Positions 19,416-28,793 of a stretch of 64,000 bases of DNA are shown one piece after another (within the stretch, counting starts at the first letter, position 1; every line of letters starts with the position of its first letter). Made by a program: the position numbers and the translations under genes. The stretch spans positions 1,103-65,102 of the forward strand of contig JBIJDU010000006.1 of the NCBI GenBank assembly GCA_044343935.1. The letters are read 5' to 3'. This DNA is from Candidatus Nanopelagicales bacterium (GTDB lineage: Bacteria; Actinomycetota; Actinomycetes; S36-B12; UBA5976). The notes beneath the pieces were generated by a model. That model was not told the DNA's origin. It made no database searches and saw only the letters and a list, made by a program, of their open reading frames with translations.

Positions 19416-19448
19416 GCAGCAGTATGAAATCTGCTCTAAACTTCAAAT

Positions 19449-19811
19449 ATGAGCAGTGTGATTTATGACGGTGATTGTGCATTTTGTTCTTCTACTGCCA
19501 GATTTGGCAAATCGAAAATCGCACCAAAGCTTGAGTTTCTTGCCTATCAACAAATAGATTTGGGTAAGTATGGCTTAACTGCAGCTGAATGTGAAAAGTC
19601 ATTACAGTTTGTATCAGATAACAATGAGATCTTTGTAGGCGCAAAAGCGGTCGCACGGATTTTAATCAGCGCTGGCTTTCCCTACCTAATTCTTGGCCGA
19701 ATCATGAATCTACCAATCCTAAATAAGTTAGCCCAACTGGGTTACCACTTAGTTGCGAAGAATCGTCATCGGTTACCTGGCGGCACACCAACTTGCAAGA
19801 TGGACAACTAA
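19449..19811 (+). CDS. DCC1-like thiol-disulfide oxidoreductase (DUF393)
   Basis: YDGDCAFC N-terminal CxxC; NRHRLPGGTPTC. Confidence 0.88.
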   Translation: MSSVIYDGDCAFCSSTARFGKSKIAPKLEFLAYQQIDLGKYGLTAAECEKSLQFVSDNNEIFVGAKAVARILISAGFPYLILGRIMNLPILNKLAQLGYHLVAKNRHRLPGGTPTCKMDN

Positions 19812-19826
19812 AACGATTTAGAAATG

Positions 19827-19858
19827 ACTAAGGGCCCGGATTTCTCCGGGCCCTTAGT
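19827..19858. terminator. intrinsic terminator hairpin between convergent genes
   Basis: actaagggcccgga-tttc-tccgggcccttagt, perfect 14-bp stem followed by a T-run on +. Confidence 0.85.
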
Positions 19859-19885
19859 TTTAAAGCTTAGGAATTGTTCCCAAAC

Positions 19886-22453
19886 TTAGTTGTTACCGGT
19901 GACGATAACCTGATTTGAGAACAAACCAGTTCCTTCTTGCTTCACACGGATAACCTTGTCCTTCTTGAATCCACGGATGGATCCGTTGAAGTCACCAGGG
20001 GCTGCAACTTCTAGAGTCTTAGCCTTTTCTACCCATGTGGTTGCACCAACAGACTTAACGTAGATGATGATGTCACCTTCGTTATTAACTGCGGTACCAG
20101 AAAGAATCACACGGCCATTGCGCTTCTTGATTTCAAGAGTTGGCGCATCAAATGGTGCGACGTATGCAGAACCAGTTACAGATCCGGTTGGATCAGCAAC
20201 TGAACCGCTACCTGCTGCGAAACGTTTTACGGTTGAACCGGCAGCGTCGTTGTATTCAGCGTAGTTAGCAACATTGAGCGAGACGTTTGCTAGGAAGTTA
20301 CCGTCTTCACCCTGAGTTCCAACAACATCCACGAAGCAAGTTCCATTTGAGCTGGTTACGCAAGTGGTTGTTGAGCCACCGAATGCGAATCGACCAGCAG
20401 CAGATGTTGCTGCACGTGAGAAGTCAACTGTTACGCCAGTTAGAGCATTGCCCCAACCATCTTTAACAGTTGCGGTGATCTTGCCAGGAACCTGATCAGA
20501 TCCCCAGGTAGCAGATCCACCGGTGATAACTAGTGAGCGTGCATTTGCTGCAGTTGCAGTTACAGTGAATGTCTTAGCCACAGAGTGACCTAGTTCAGTT
20601 GTAACAGTTACTGTTGCAGTTCCAGCTGTGGTGCCATAGGCATATACAGCTGTGTTGCTTGCAGCGGTCAAAGTAGTTGTAGCAAGGGTGTCAGTTGAGT
20701 TTGCAGCAACTAGCTTTGCTCCACCAGTTGCGGTGTAAGTCAACAAAACACCGGTCTTAGCAGCAAGACCAACTGCAGTTGAAGCCAATGCTGGAGTTAC
20801 TGAAACGTGGTTAGCCACAGTTACAGTCTCGGTGTATAGCGCTTCATCAGTTGTTGCACCAAGAGTTACATCTAGTGAGTATGCAGCCTGAGTGGTGTAT
20901 TCCACAGTCAATGAAGCATTCTCTAGGTCAGTAGCTAGGTCACCTGGAGCGAAAACGTTCCAGTTCAAGGTGTCATTAGCTGCACCAGCCTTAGCATCTA
21001 CGTGAGTAACGGTTGCATTACCGTTTGCATCAGTGATTGCCTGAGTAGTTGCAGCGTTGCTACCAGTTGAAACTGCTTGAACAACGTAGTTGCTGTACTT
21101 GGTTCCGAATTCGTCAGCCACAGTAACTGTGTATGAACGAGTTGAACCAGCTAGAGCTAGAACTGTGGTCAAGTTTGTTGCTTCAACGTTTGGTGACCAA
21201 GTGACAGTTGCATCCTGAACTGAAGCTGCGTTGTAAGTAACAGTGTGGCTAACACCATCATTTGCATCCTGATAAACGGTTACAACATAACCCTGACCAG
21301 CAGTTGCTGCGGTTGCGGTTACTGTGACCGTTGCTGTTCCAGCAGATCCAATGACTGCGTGATAAGTACCGGCTGTTACTCCAGTTGGAGCGCCACCGCC
21401 ACCAGCAGCAATTACAACTCTAACTGCAGTTCCAGCAGTACCGGAAATGGTGAATGGAATTGATAGGTTTGTTAGTGAAGAGACAACTGGTGCATCTTGA
21501 ATGTCACCATCATCAACAGCATCACTTACTGGAGCAGCTGGGAATGCGTATGCAGCATCTGCAGTTGTTGTAACTCCTGTTTCGCCAGCTTGAACTGCAA
21601 TACCAGTTGTGTAACCCTCAGTAACTGAGGTGTAGGTAGCGGTTGCAGCTGTTGCAAGTGGATTCAGTGATCCACCGAAGTTTGCACTAATTGTTGAAGT
21701 GCTAACTGCAGCAGCCTGAACAGCGAAGTCATACTTATTTGAAGTTAGTGCACTTGCAGCAGTAAGTGTGCTAGAGCGAGGTGAAGCACCTGCTGAGCCG
21801 TCCAAAGTGATGTTGCCAGATCCTGCTGTTTGGGTCATTCCCAAGATAACAGTTTCAGCGCCAGTCAACTTAGTTACTCGGCCACCAGCATCTGTCAAAG
21901 CAACTGAGTAAGTTGCATTCACAGCCACTAGTGAAGCACCCGAATTACCAAGTGCATCTGCTTTAGCGGTTACGGTTAGAGCGGTTGGTGCACCACCAAC
22001 AGTGATCGAACCAGTTGTTGTGGTTTCGCCAGCGTCAATTACGCCGTTGCCATTTGGATCCCAATAGGCCAAATAGCCATAGTCTCCAGCGACATTGAAG
22101 TAATCACCAGCAGCACCAACGGTTACGTTTGTTGAGGCAGCAGCAGCAAGACCACCTGCACCAGCAGCTGGGTTAGCTGCAGTGAACTGATCGCCAACCT
22201 CAAATGTGGTGGCATCGGCTGTTGCTGGAACTGATGTAATACGAATGACCATGTCGCCATCTGCGTCCTGGGCAATCGCTGCAGTGTTCTTGACTGCAAT
22301 TACAGCATCAGTTGTAGCAGTTGCACGAACCACATCTGTTGGGTTTGTGACTGTTACAGCTGAAGCGCTTGCTGGTGCAATCACAGCAAATGGTGCAATG
22401 ACCAATGATGCAATAACGCCAAGCGACAAGCGCTTAGTTGTCTTATTAGACAT
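19886..22453 (-). CDS. Ala/Thr/Val-rich secreted surface protein, S-layer candidate (855 aa)
   Basis: signal peptide ending APASA; beta-rich Ig-like segments; short basic C-terminal domain; AAAGGA RBS; monocistronic with strong terminator. Confidence 0.7.
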   Translation of the reverse strand: MSNKTTKRLSLGVIASLVIAPFAVIAPASASAVTVTNPTDVVRATATTDAVIAVKNTAAIAQDADGDMVIRITSVPATADATTFEVGDQFTAANPAAGAGGLAAAASTNVTVGAAGDYFNVAGDYGYLAYWDPNGNGVIDAGETTTTGSITVGGAPTALTVTAKADALGNSGASLVAVNATYSVALTDAGGRVTKLTGAETVILGMTQTAGSGNITLDGSAGASPRSSTLTAASALTSNKYDFAVQAAAVSTSTISANFGGSLNPLATAATATYTSVTEGYTTGIAVQAGETGVTTTADAAYAFPAAPVSDAVDDGDIQDAPVVSSLTNLSIPFTISGTAGTAVRVVIAAGGGGAPTGVTAGTYHAVIGSAGTATVTVTATAATAGQGYVVTVYQDANDGVSHTVTYNAASVQDATVTWSPNVEATNLTTVLALAGSTRSYTVTVADEFGTKYSNYVVQAVSTGSNAATTQAITDANGNATVTHVDAKAGAANDTLNWNVFAPGDLATDLENASLTVEYTTQAAYSLDVTLGATTDEALYTETVTVANHVSVTPALASTAVGLAAKTGVLLTYTATGGAKLVAANSTDTLATTTLTAASNTAVYAYGTTAGTATVTVTTELGHSVAKTFTVTATAANARSLVITGGSATWGSDQVPGKITATVKDGWGNALTGVTVDFSRAATSAAGRFAFGGSTTTCVTSSNGTCFVDVVGTQGEDGNFLANVSLNVANYAEYNDAAGSTVKRFAAGSGSVADPTGSVTGSAYVAPFDAPTLEIKKRNGRVILSGTAVNNEGDIIIYVKSVGATTWVEKAKTLEVAAPGDFNGSIRGFKKDKVIRVKQEGTGLFSNQVIVTGNN

Positions 22454-22454
22454 T

Positions 22455-22610
22455 TAATTCCTTTCAAAGAATTTCCATTCCAAGGCTTCCCTTTGGGAAT
22501 CCGGCGGATCCGTCCGTCTAGTTGGCTAAGCCAGCTAGTGAAATCCCGATTGATCGGTCCTGAAATGAGTCCAGGAACCACGGGTGTGGTTCCCAACTGA
22601 TAGTCAATGA
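22455..22610 (-). promoter_or_regulatory. multi-hairpin putative 5' leader of the S-layer-like gene
   Basis: stems at 22574-22593 (ggaaccac/gtggttcc), 22518-22538 and 22487-22499. Confidence 0.45.
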
Positions 22611-22765
22611 GTTGGAATAAGTTGTTTGAAACTTGCAATAAGTGGGGAATTGTGAGTAAATAGCTGAGAACAATGGGTTTTTTGAATAAGCGTTGGAATA
22701 AAAAGCACCTAATTACGCCAGATTTGGTTGGATTACGCTTTATTGCACTCTAAATCAGTTGCTGT

Positions 22766-23935
22766 TTAACTTAACTTCTTTAGACTTTCATCAATACTGG
22801 CACTTACTACTCGATCTCGATTCAAGGTGGCGTGCTGATATCGCATTGCAGCTCCAACGGTGGCATGACCAAGTCGGGCTTGCAGTTCAGCAAGTGAGGC
22901 ACCATGTTGAGCAGCCAACGTGGCCGCAAGGTGTCTTAGGTCATGAAAATGCAGATCCGCTAAACCAGCTTCTCTTCGAGCTTCATCCCACCATTTTCTG
23001 CGGTCTTCCACCGTGACTGGTTTATCTTCATCAGTAGTGAAAACCAGGGAATTAGTGCCTGGATCGGTGAAGTGCGTGAGATGAACTTCCATTTTTGGTT
23101 GCAGATAGTCCGGATAAGAGATGGTTCGGACTGAAGATTTTGTTTTTGGTGGCCCAATGATGGTGCCCTTACCTGGCACAGAAACGATTGCTTGCTCTAC
23201 TGTGATAGTTCTGGCAGCAAGATCAATATCTTTTCGGCGTAGGCCAAATATTTCACCAGAGCGTAAACCACAGATACCGGCGATTAAAATTGCTAGGGAA
23301 AACTGAAGTGGAACTAGTTCTGCCAGCACTACTAATTGACTCACATCAATTATTGGTCGGTTGGTTGTAATTTGTTGTTTCTTCTTTATTGGCGCAGGTG
23401 CGCGATGGATGATTCCTTGTGATGCAGCTTCATTCAAGATAGCTCTAAGCACCCGATAGGAGTAATCCGCAGTTGAAGGTGATGCAACTTTTGTAACTTG
23501 GGCTAACCAAGATCTAATTAGTACATTATCAATTTTGGTTATTGGGTAAGAAGAGAAGGTTCTGCCATCAACTTTTATCTGCAGCCACTTATCCAAGATT
23601 CGCTGATAGTCATAGCGGGTGCGATCGCGCAGCGAGGTATTGTTTTTTAACCAAGTTGTGCCAAACGAATCTAACGTGATGGCTGAGCCGGTAGCCGCAG
23701 CAATATTTTGCTGCGACATAAACAGTGGTTCAGAAATTTTTAGGTGAGCATTCGGCGTGTGCTTCATTCGCCAAAGTTTTTTCGCTACTTGATAGCACCA
23801 TTCATCTGCAGCGCCATAATCATCAAACGTGTGTGGTGCTGGGATGCGATACCCATACTTATTAACGGAGGCGGAATACCTCCCACTAGGCAGCTGTCTT
23901 ATGCTGCCGATAGCACGGCGAGACGATCTAGCCAA
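22766..23935 (-). CDS. phage-type tyrosine recombinase/integrase (integrase 2), paralog of integrase 1
   Basis: GSIRQLPSGRY; GLRSGE, KTK, HDLRH, LGH, RYQH catalytic residues intact; LRDRTRYDYQRI and YRVLRAILNEAA shared with integrase 1. Confidence 0.93.
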   Translation of the reverse strand: MARSSRRAIGSIRQLPSGRYSASVNKYGYRIPAPHTFDDYGAADEWCYQVAKKLWRMKHTPNAHLKISEPLFMSQQNIAAATGSAITLDSFGTTWLKNNTSLRDRTRYDYQRILDKWLQIKVDGRTFSSYPITKIDNVLIRSWLAQVTKVASPSTADYSYRVLRAILNEAASQGIIHRAPAPIKKKQQITTNRPIIDVSQLVVLAELVPLQFSLAILIAGICGLRSGEIFGLRRKDIDLAARTITVEQAIVSVPGKGTIIGPPKTKSSVRTISYPDYLQPKMEVHLTHFTDPGTNSLVFTTDEDKPVTVEDRRKWWDEARREAGLADLHFHDLRHLAATLAAQHGASLAELQARLGHATVGAAMRYQHATLNRDRVVSASIDESLKKLS

Positions 23936-24137
23936 TCCATACCCCGAGGCCCTTCGATGTCTGCCACAAACATCAGTAATGTGTTAATTCACAATTACGC
24001 TCTAACGCAATTTAGCGCCCACCCGGAGGGACGCCATAGCGGAAAGATAGACCCAATACCAACTGATCGTTAACAACACACAGCACATTGAGAAAATTTT
24101 CTTATGCGTTTCTTATTAAGCCAATAGCAGAAAGCGC

Positions 24138-24153
24138 TTGCACGAAAGTGCAA
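24138..24153 (-). terminator. short hairpin just after the dcd stop (possible terminator)
   Basis: ttgcac-gaaa-gtgcaa on +; followed on the minus strand by gcgctttct. Confidence 0.35.
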
Positions 24154-24157
24154 CTAA

Positions 24158-24739
24158 CTATTCTTTGATCTCGGTTCGATGGAAATTTAAATGCGATCTT
24201 GACGGCGTTGGTCCGCGTTGTCCTTGATACCTCGAACCATAAACTGCTGAACCATATGGATGTTCTGCCGGAGATGAAAGTCGGAATAAGCAAAGTTGTC
24301 CGATTTTCATTCCCGGCCAAAGTTTGATTGGCAATGTTGCCACATTACTTAACTCAAGGGTCACATGGCCCGAAAAGCCTGGATCAATAAAGCCAGCGGT
24401 GGAATGGGTTAACAGCCCCAATCGACCAAGTGATGATTTACCTTCAAGTCGGCCGGCTACATCATCTGGCAGCGTAATTACTTCATAAGTTGAAGCGAGC
24501 ACGAATTCACCTGGATGCAGCACGAATGCTTCATCAGCAGCGGTTTCAAATGGTCGAGTCAGATCGCTTTGCTCAGTTGCTGGGTCAATAAACGGATAGC
24601 GATGATTCTCAAAAGTGCGATAGAACCGATCTAACCTGACATCAATACTGCTGGGCTGCACCATGCTCTCGTCATATGGCTCAAGTTTTACTCGGCCTTG
24701 GGCAATCTCAGCTTTGATATCTCGGTCACTTAGTAGCAC
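24158..24739 (-). CDS. dcd: dCTP deaminase
   Basis: [38 protein letters not shown] motifs. Confidence 0.97.
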   Translation of the reverse strand: MLLSDRDIKAEIAQGRVKLEPYDESMVQPSSIDVRLDRFYRTFENHRYPFIDPATEQSDLTRPFETAADEAFVLHPGEFVLASTYEVITLPDDVAGRLEGKSSLGRLGLLTHSTAGFIDPGFSGHVTLELSNVATLPIKLWPGMKIGQLCLFRLSSPAEHPYGSAVYGSRYQGQRGPTPSRSHLNFHRTEIKE

Positions 24740-24801
24740 GGCCGAAGCCTAGTTAGTAACTAGATTGTTTCGCTGGATCAGCACCAGATTTACCCGAATT
24801 A

Positions 24802-24842
24802 GTCACTCCTTATTAATAGAGTCAGTATTGATAAGGAGTGAC
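24802..24842. repeat. 17-bp stem-loop flanked by 10-bp direct repeats CGCTGGATCA (24771-24780, 24842-24851)
   Basis: gtcactccttat-t-aata-gagtcag-tatt-g-ataaggagtgac read directly. Confidence 0.7.
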
Positions 24843-24967
24843 GCTGGATCAAACTGAACCTTTAACTGCGTTTTTTGGCCAGATTCTGTGGAAATCTGGC
24901 CATCTCTTGGAATTTACTGAAGGATGCCTGAAAATAATCGGGCAAATCGGACAGCGGCGGTTAAGTT

Positions 24968-26089
24968 GTGAGGAAAAGCAGGCAAACTACCGCCATGAAA
25001 TTTAGCGGGTTGAGAGGCGCGGTTATTGCCGTTGCGATCTCGCTTGCGCTAATTGCGCCCGCATCAGCAGTTACCCCTAAGAACACCACCCCGAAAAACA
25101 CCACTAATGAGAACTCAACTTCAGAGCGCCGCTTTCTGCAAGATGATCTGACCTTAATTAGTCAGTTTGGTGGCGTGATTATTGGTGTTAACGGCAAGGG
25201 CGATCAGTTCGAAGGTTTTGATAAAGGCTATAACGTAGCTAGGTCAATTGCGCTTGGCTATCCAATCTTTGGTTCGATGCGCGATGACCTATCGCTGATT
25301 GCCAAATTTGGGGGTGTGATTACTGGTGTTAATGGCCCAGGGGATCAATACGAAGGATTTGTTCGTGGGTTTAGTGTTAATCGATCATTGGCTGCAGGTT
25401 ATGCCCTGCCAGCGTTACCAAAACCGGCAACACCAAAACCAACAACTCCTGCTACTCCAACACCAAAAGAAGAAACTGAACCAACACCAGTTGTGCCAAA
25501 AGAAGAAACACGCAAACCAGGTGTTTATATCTCACCTCGCGCAACTGCAATTACTGAAGGATTCTCACTTCCAATTTCAGTTAGCATTGTTGAGTTGGCA
25601 GCCGCTAAAGCGAGTTTATTCTTAAATGATGGCAATAAGAGTTTCTTAATTGAAACTAAAGATGTGCCCCGAAATGGTCAATTAACTTTTATTACGCCAG
25701 CTGCTATTGGTAGATATTTTGTGGTGCTAAATACTGGTGAGCGATCTAGCAATGCCAGGTTTGACGTTAAACCATTTGGTTTAACTGGCATTAACATCAT
25801 GGATGCAACTACCCCATCAACTATTTCGGTGCCAACTGGTGATTTAGCGATTAACTGGAAGATTGTGTTATTGCGAGATGGCAAAGCAGTTCAATCCCGA
25901 GTTATCACTGCCGAAAACCGCGGCACTGATATTCGATTTAATGTGCCAACTGGGGAAGCCCGCTATACCGTGCAAGCCGAATATGAATATCAAGTTCGAG
26001 ATGCGCGAACTGGTGAAGTAGTAACTAAGTTACGTATTTTTGAAGATCCCGCTGGTGGCGCGGTTTTAACTAGAAACCCAAGCAGATAA
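24968..26089 (+). CDS. secreted protein with two 47-aa tandem repeats, Pro/Thr linker and Ig-like C-terminus
   Basis: signal peptide ending APASA; DDLTLISQFGGVIIGVNG.. repeated as DDLSLIAKFGGVITGVNG.. Confidence 0.75.
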   Translation: MRKSRQTTAMKFSGLRGAVIAVAISLALIAPASAVTPKNTTPKNTTNENSTSERRFLQDDLTLISQFGGVIIGVNGKGDQFEGFDKGYNVARSIALGYPIFGSMRDDLSLIAKFGGVITGVNGPGDQYEGFVRGFSVNRSLAAGYALPALPKPATPKPTTPATPTPKEETEPTPVVPKEETRKPGVYISPRATAITEGFSLPISVSIVELAAAKASLFLNDGNKSFLIETKDVPRNGQLTFITPAAIGRYFVVLNTGERSSNARFDVKPFGLTGINIMDATTPSTISVPTGDLAINWKIVLLRDGKAVQSRVITAENRGTDIRFNVPTGEARYTVQAEYEYQVRDARTGEVVTKLRIFEDPAGGAVLTRNPSR

Positions 26090-26119
26090 TGATCTCCCCT
26101 CGCCTAGAATTGCGCGAGG

Positions 26120-27379
26120 GTGAGAGATAACCATATGCGAATTCTGGTGCTTGGATCTGGTGGCCGTGAGCACGCTATCTGTCACACCTTAGTTAACGAA
26201 AATCAAACCGTTTTTGCAACTGGCAGTAATGCTGGCATTATCACCCTTTTAGGTGCAACTAATTGTTTTGCAATTGAAATTGCTAATCCAATCGCAGTAG
26301 TTAAGTTAGCAACAGAGTTATCTGCTGAGTTAATCGTGATTGGTCCTGAAGCGCCACTGGTAGCAGGGGTGGCGGATAAGTTGCGTGCGGCTGGCTTTTT
26401 AGTGTTTGGGCCAAATCAAGCCGCAGCGCAGATTGAAGCTAGCAAAGCATTTGCTAATGAATTAATGGCAAAACTAAACATTCCAACGGCTGCATCAATT
26501 AATTGTTTGAGCTTAACTGAAGTTGAGGCTGCCATGACTAAATTTGGTGCGCCCTATGTAATTAAAGATGATGGCTTAGCTGCTGGCAAAGGGGTAGTGG
26601 TAACAGCAGATAAATCCGAAGCACTTGAGCATGCGAGAAGTTGTTTTGCGGCTAACTCAAAAGTAGTAGTGGAAGAGTTTTTATTGGGTGAAGAAGTAAG
26701 TGTGTTATGTGTAACTGATGGCACCACGGTTTATCCGTTAGTTGCTGCACAAGACTATAAACGCATTTTTGATGGTGATTTAGGACCAAACACTGGCGGC
26801 ATGGGGGCGTATGCACCAGTTAGTTGGTTTACGTTAGCGATGCAGCAGCAAGTAGTAACTGAAATCGCCCAACCGATCATTAATGAACTAAGCGCCGTTG
26901 GTAAGAAATTTATTGGGGTGCTGTATTGCGGCTTAATTAATACCGAAACCGGATTAAAGGTAATTGAGTTCAATGCCCGATTTGGCGATCCAGAAACGCA
27001 AGTTGTGTTGCCGCTGCTTAAATCTTCACTAGCTGAGTTGCTGTTAGCTGCTGCTAGTGAAAACTTAGCCGAGCTGCCAGCACCTAAGTTTGCTGGGGCA
27101 GCAGTCGCGGTGGTGCTGGCGGCCGCGGGGTATCCGCAATCAGCACGATTAGGTGATGAGATTGAGTTAATCCCAAACACCCCCGAACGGGTGATATTCC
27201 ATGCTGGTACCAAGTTGGACAATGGGGTAGTGAAAACCGCAGGGGGCAGAGTGGTAACGGTGAGCGCAATTGCTGATTCAATTAATGCCGCTCGCGCATT
27301 GGCATATCAGGGAGTGGCACAGCTTAAATTTGCTGGCGCACAGCATCGCAGTGATATTGGGTTAGGCAGGGATAAATGA
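26120..27379 (+). CDS. purD: phosphoribosylamine--glycine ligase
   Basis: GSGGREHA, VIGPEAPLVAG, KDDGLAAGKGV, GPNTGGMGAY, EFNARFGDPE. Confidence 0.97.
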   Translation: MRDNHMRILVLGSGGREHAICHTLVNENQTVFATGSNAGIITLLGATNCFAIEIANPIAVVKLATELSAELIVIGPEAPLVAGVADKLRAAGFLVFGPNQAAAQIEASKAFANELMAKLNIPTAASINCLSLTEVEAAMTKFGAPYVIKDDGLAAGKGVVVTADKSEALEHARSCFAANSKVVVEEFLLGEEVSVLCVTDGTTVYPLVAAQDYKRIFDGDLGPNTGGMGAYAPVSWFTLAMQQQVVTEIAQPIINELSAVGKKFIGVLYCGLINTETGLKVIEFNARFGDPETQVVLPLLKSSLAELLLAAASENLAELPAPKFAGAAVAVVLAAAGYPQSARLGDEIELIPNTPERVIFHAGTKLDNGVVKTAGGRVVTVSAIADSINAARALAYQGVAQLKFAGAQHRSDIGLGRDK

Positions 27380-28791
27380 GTATTTCTGATGTGTTAGCAA
27401 CTAGATATGCCTCAGCCCAAATGGTTGCGATCTGGTCGCCAACTGAAAAAATTAAATTAGAACGGCAATTTTGGCTGCAGGTGCTTAAATCCCAGCAAGC
27501 TCGCGGCCTTGATATCCCAGCGGCTGCCATTGCCAGTTATGAAAAGCAGATTAACAATATTGATCTGAGCTCAATTGCTAACCGCGAGCGATCACTTAAA
27601 CATGATGTCAAAGCTCGAATTGAAGAGTTTAATGCCCTTGCCGGTTATGAATTAATTCATCAAGGCATGACTTCTAGAGATTTAACTGAAAATATTGAAC
27701 AAGCACAAATTTTAACTAGTTTGAATCTAATCCATGATCGCATCATTGCGCTGCTCAATCAGTTAGCAAGTAAAGCGAGCGAACATAATGAGCTTGCCAT
27801 GGTGGGCAGAAGCCATAACGTGGCAGCACAATTAACTACGTTAGGTAAGCGCTTTGCGAGTTATGCCGATGAGTTATTGATTGGCTTTAGCGCAATTAAT
27901 GAGTTAATTGCGCGCTATCCCGCCCGCGGCATTAAGGGTCCAGTTGGTACTAATCAAGATATGGCTAATTTGTTTGATCAGGATTTAGTTAAAGTAAAAG
28001 AGTTTGAAACTGAGTTAATGCAGAGTCTAGGTTTTACAACCACGCTAACTTCAGTCGGGCAGATCTATCCCAGGTCGTTAGATTATGAAGTTGGCAGTTT
28101 GCTGTATCAAATTTCATCGCCTATTTCTTCACTTGCACTCACCATTCGATTAATGGCTGGCCAAGAGTTAGTTACTGAAGGATTTTTACCAGGACAAGTT
28201 GGCTCATCTGCCATGCCGCACAAGATGAATGCTCGCAGTTGCGAGCGCATCAACGGTTTGCATCAAGTGCTAAATGGTTATGTGCAGATGCTTGCGGGTA
28301 TCTCTGGTAATCAATGGAGTGAAGGCGATGTGTCATGTTCAGTAGTGCGCCGAGTTGCACTCCCTGGCATCTTTTTTGCCATTGATGGCATTATTGAAAC
28401 TGCGCTAACAGTGCTAAATGGCTTTAAGGTATTTGAAGCACAAGTTAAAGCTGAATTAGATCGCTACTTACCATTTCTATTAACAACTGAAATTATGCTG
28501 CTATTAGTTAAGCGCGGTGTTGGCAGAGAAACCGCACATAAGCAAGTGCAAGCTCATGCCCTTGCTGCTGCCGCGTCACTGCGAAGCGGTGGTAGTAATA
28601 ACCTCTTTGAGTTGTTAGTGGCCGATAGCGCGCTTGATTTAGATAACGACATGTTAACTCAGTTAGCTTCAAATTCGAAAGTGCAGTTAGCTGCTGCAAA
28701 AGCACAAGTTGATCAAGTGATTGCGAAGATAAACACCATCACCAAAGCTAATCCTGCTGCGGCACAGTATCAGCCAGGTGCAATTCTTTAA
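27376..28791 (+). CDS. purB: adenylosuccinate lyase
   Basis: IHQGMTSRD, GSSAMPHKMN fumarate-lyase-family signature; inside pur operon. Confidence 0.95.
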   Translation: MSISDVLATRYASAQMVAIWSPTEKIKLERQFWLQVLKSQQARGLDIPAAAIASYEKQINNIDLSSIANRERSLKHDVKARIEEFNALAGYELIHQGMTSRDLTENIEQAQILTSLNLIHDRIIALLNQLASKASEHNELAMVGRSHNVAAQLTTLGKRFASYADELLIGFSAINELIARYPARGIKGPVGTNQDMANLFDQDLVKVKEFETELMQSLGFTTTLTSVGQIYPRSLDYEVGSLLYQISSPISSLALTIRLMAGQELVTEGFLPGQVGSSAMPHKMNARSCERINGLHQVLNGYVQMLAGISGNQWSEGDVSCSVVRRVALPGIFFAIDGIIETALTVLNGFKVFEAQVKAELDRYLPFLLTTEIMLLLVKRGVGRETAHKQVQAHALAAAASLRSGGSNNLFELLVADSALDLDNDMLTQLASNSKVQLAAAKAQVDQVIAKINTITKANPAAAQYQPGAIL

Positions 28792-28793
28792 TT

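Noticed and set aside
22455-22610. c-di-AMP (ydaO) or other known riboswitch upstream of the surface-protein gene
   Set aside because: The conserved elements I remember (GGGGA..GGGUGAA..CCGUCAGCUAAC) are absent; kept only as an unknown structured leader.
23899-23940. Out-of-frame peptide MDWLDRLAVLSAA at the integrase 2 start resembling the integrase 1 N-terminus (WLPTRLVVL), suggesting a programmed frameshift
   Set aside because: The same nucleotides already encode the conserved RRAIGSIRQ in the main frame, and the out-of-frame ATGs of the two integrases are in different relative frames; probably coincidence.
22743-24153. 7-8 bp inverted repeats (TTGCACT/AGTGCAA, AATTGTGA/TCACAATT) around integrase 2 as invertible-segment ends
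   Set aside because: Too short for the search space, and they do not extend; the right TTGCAC copy is explained by the dcd hairpin.
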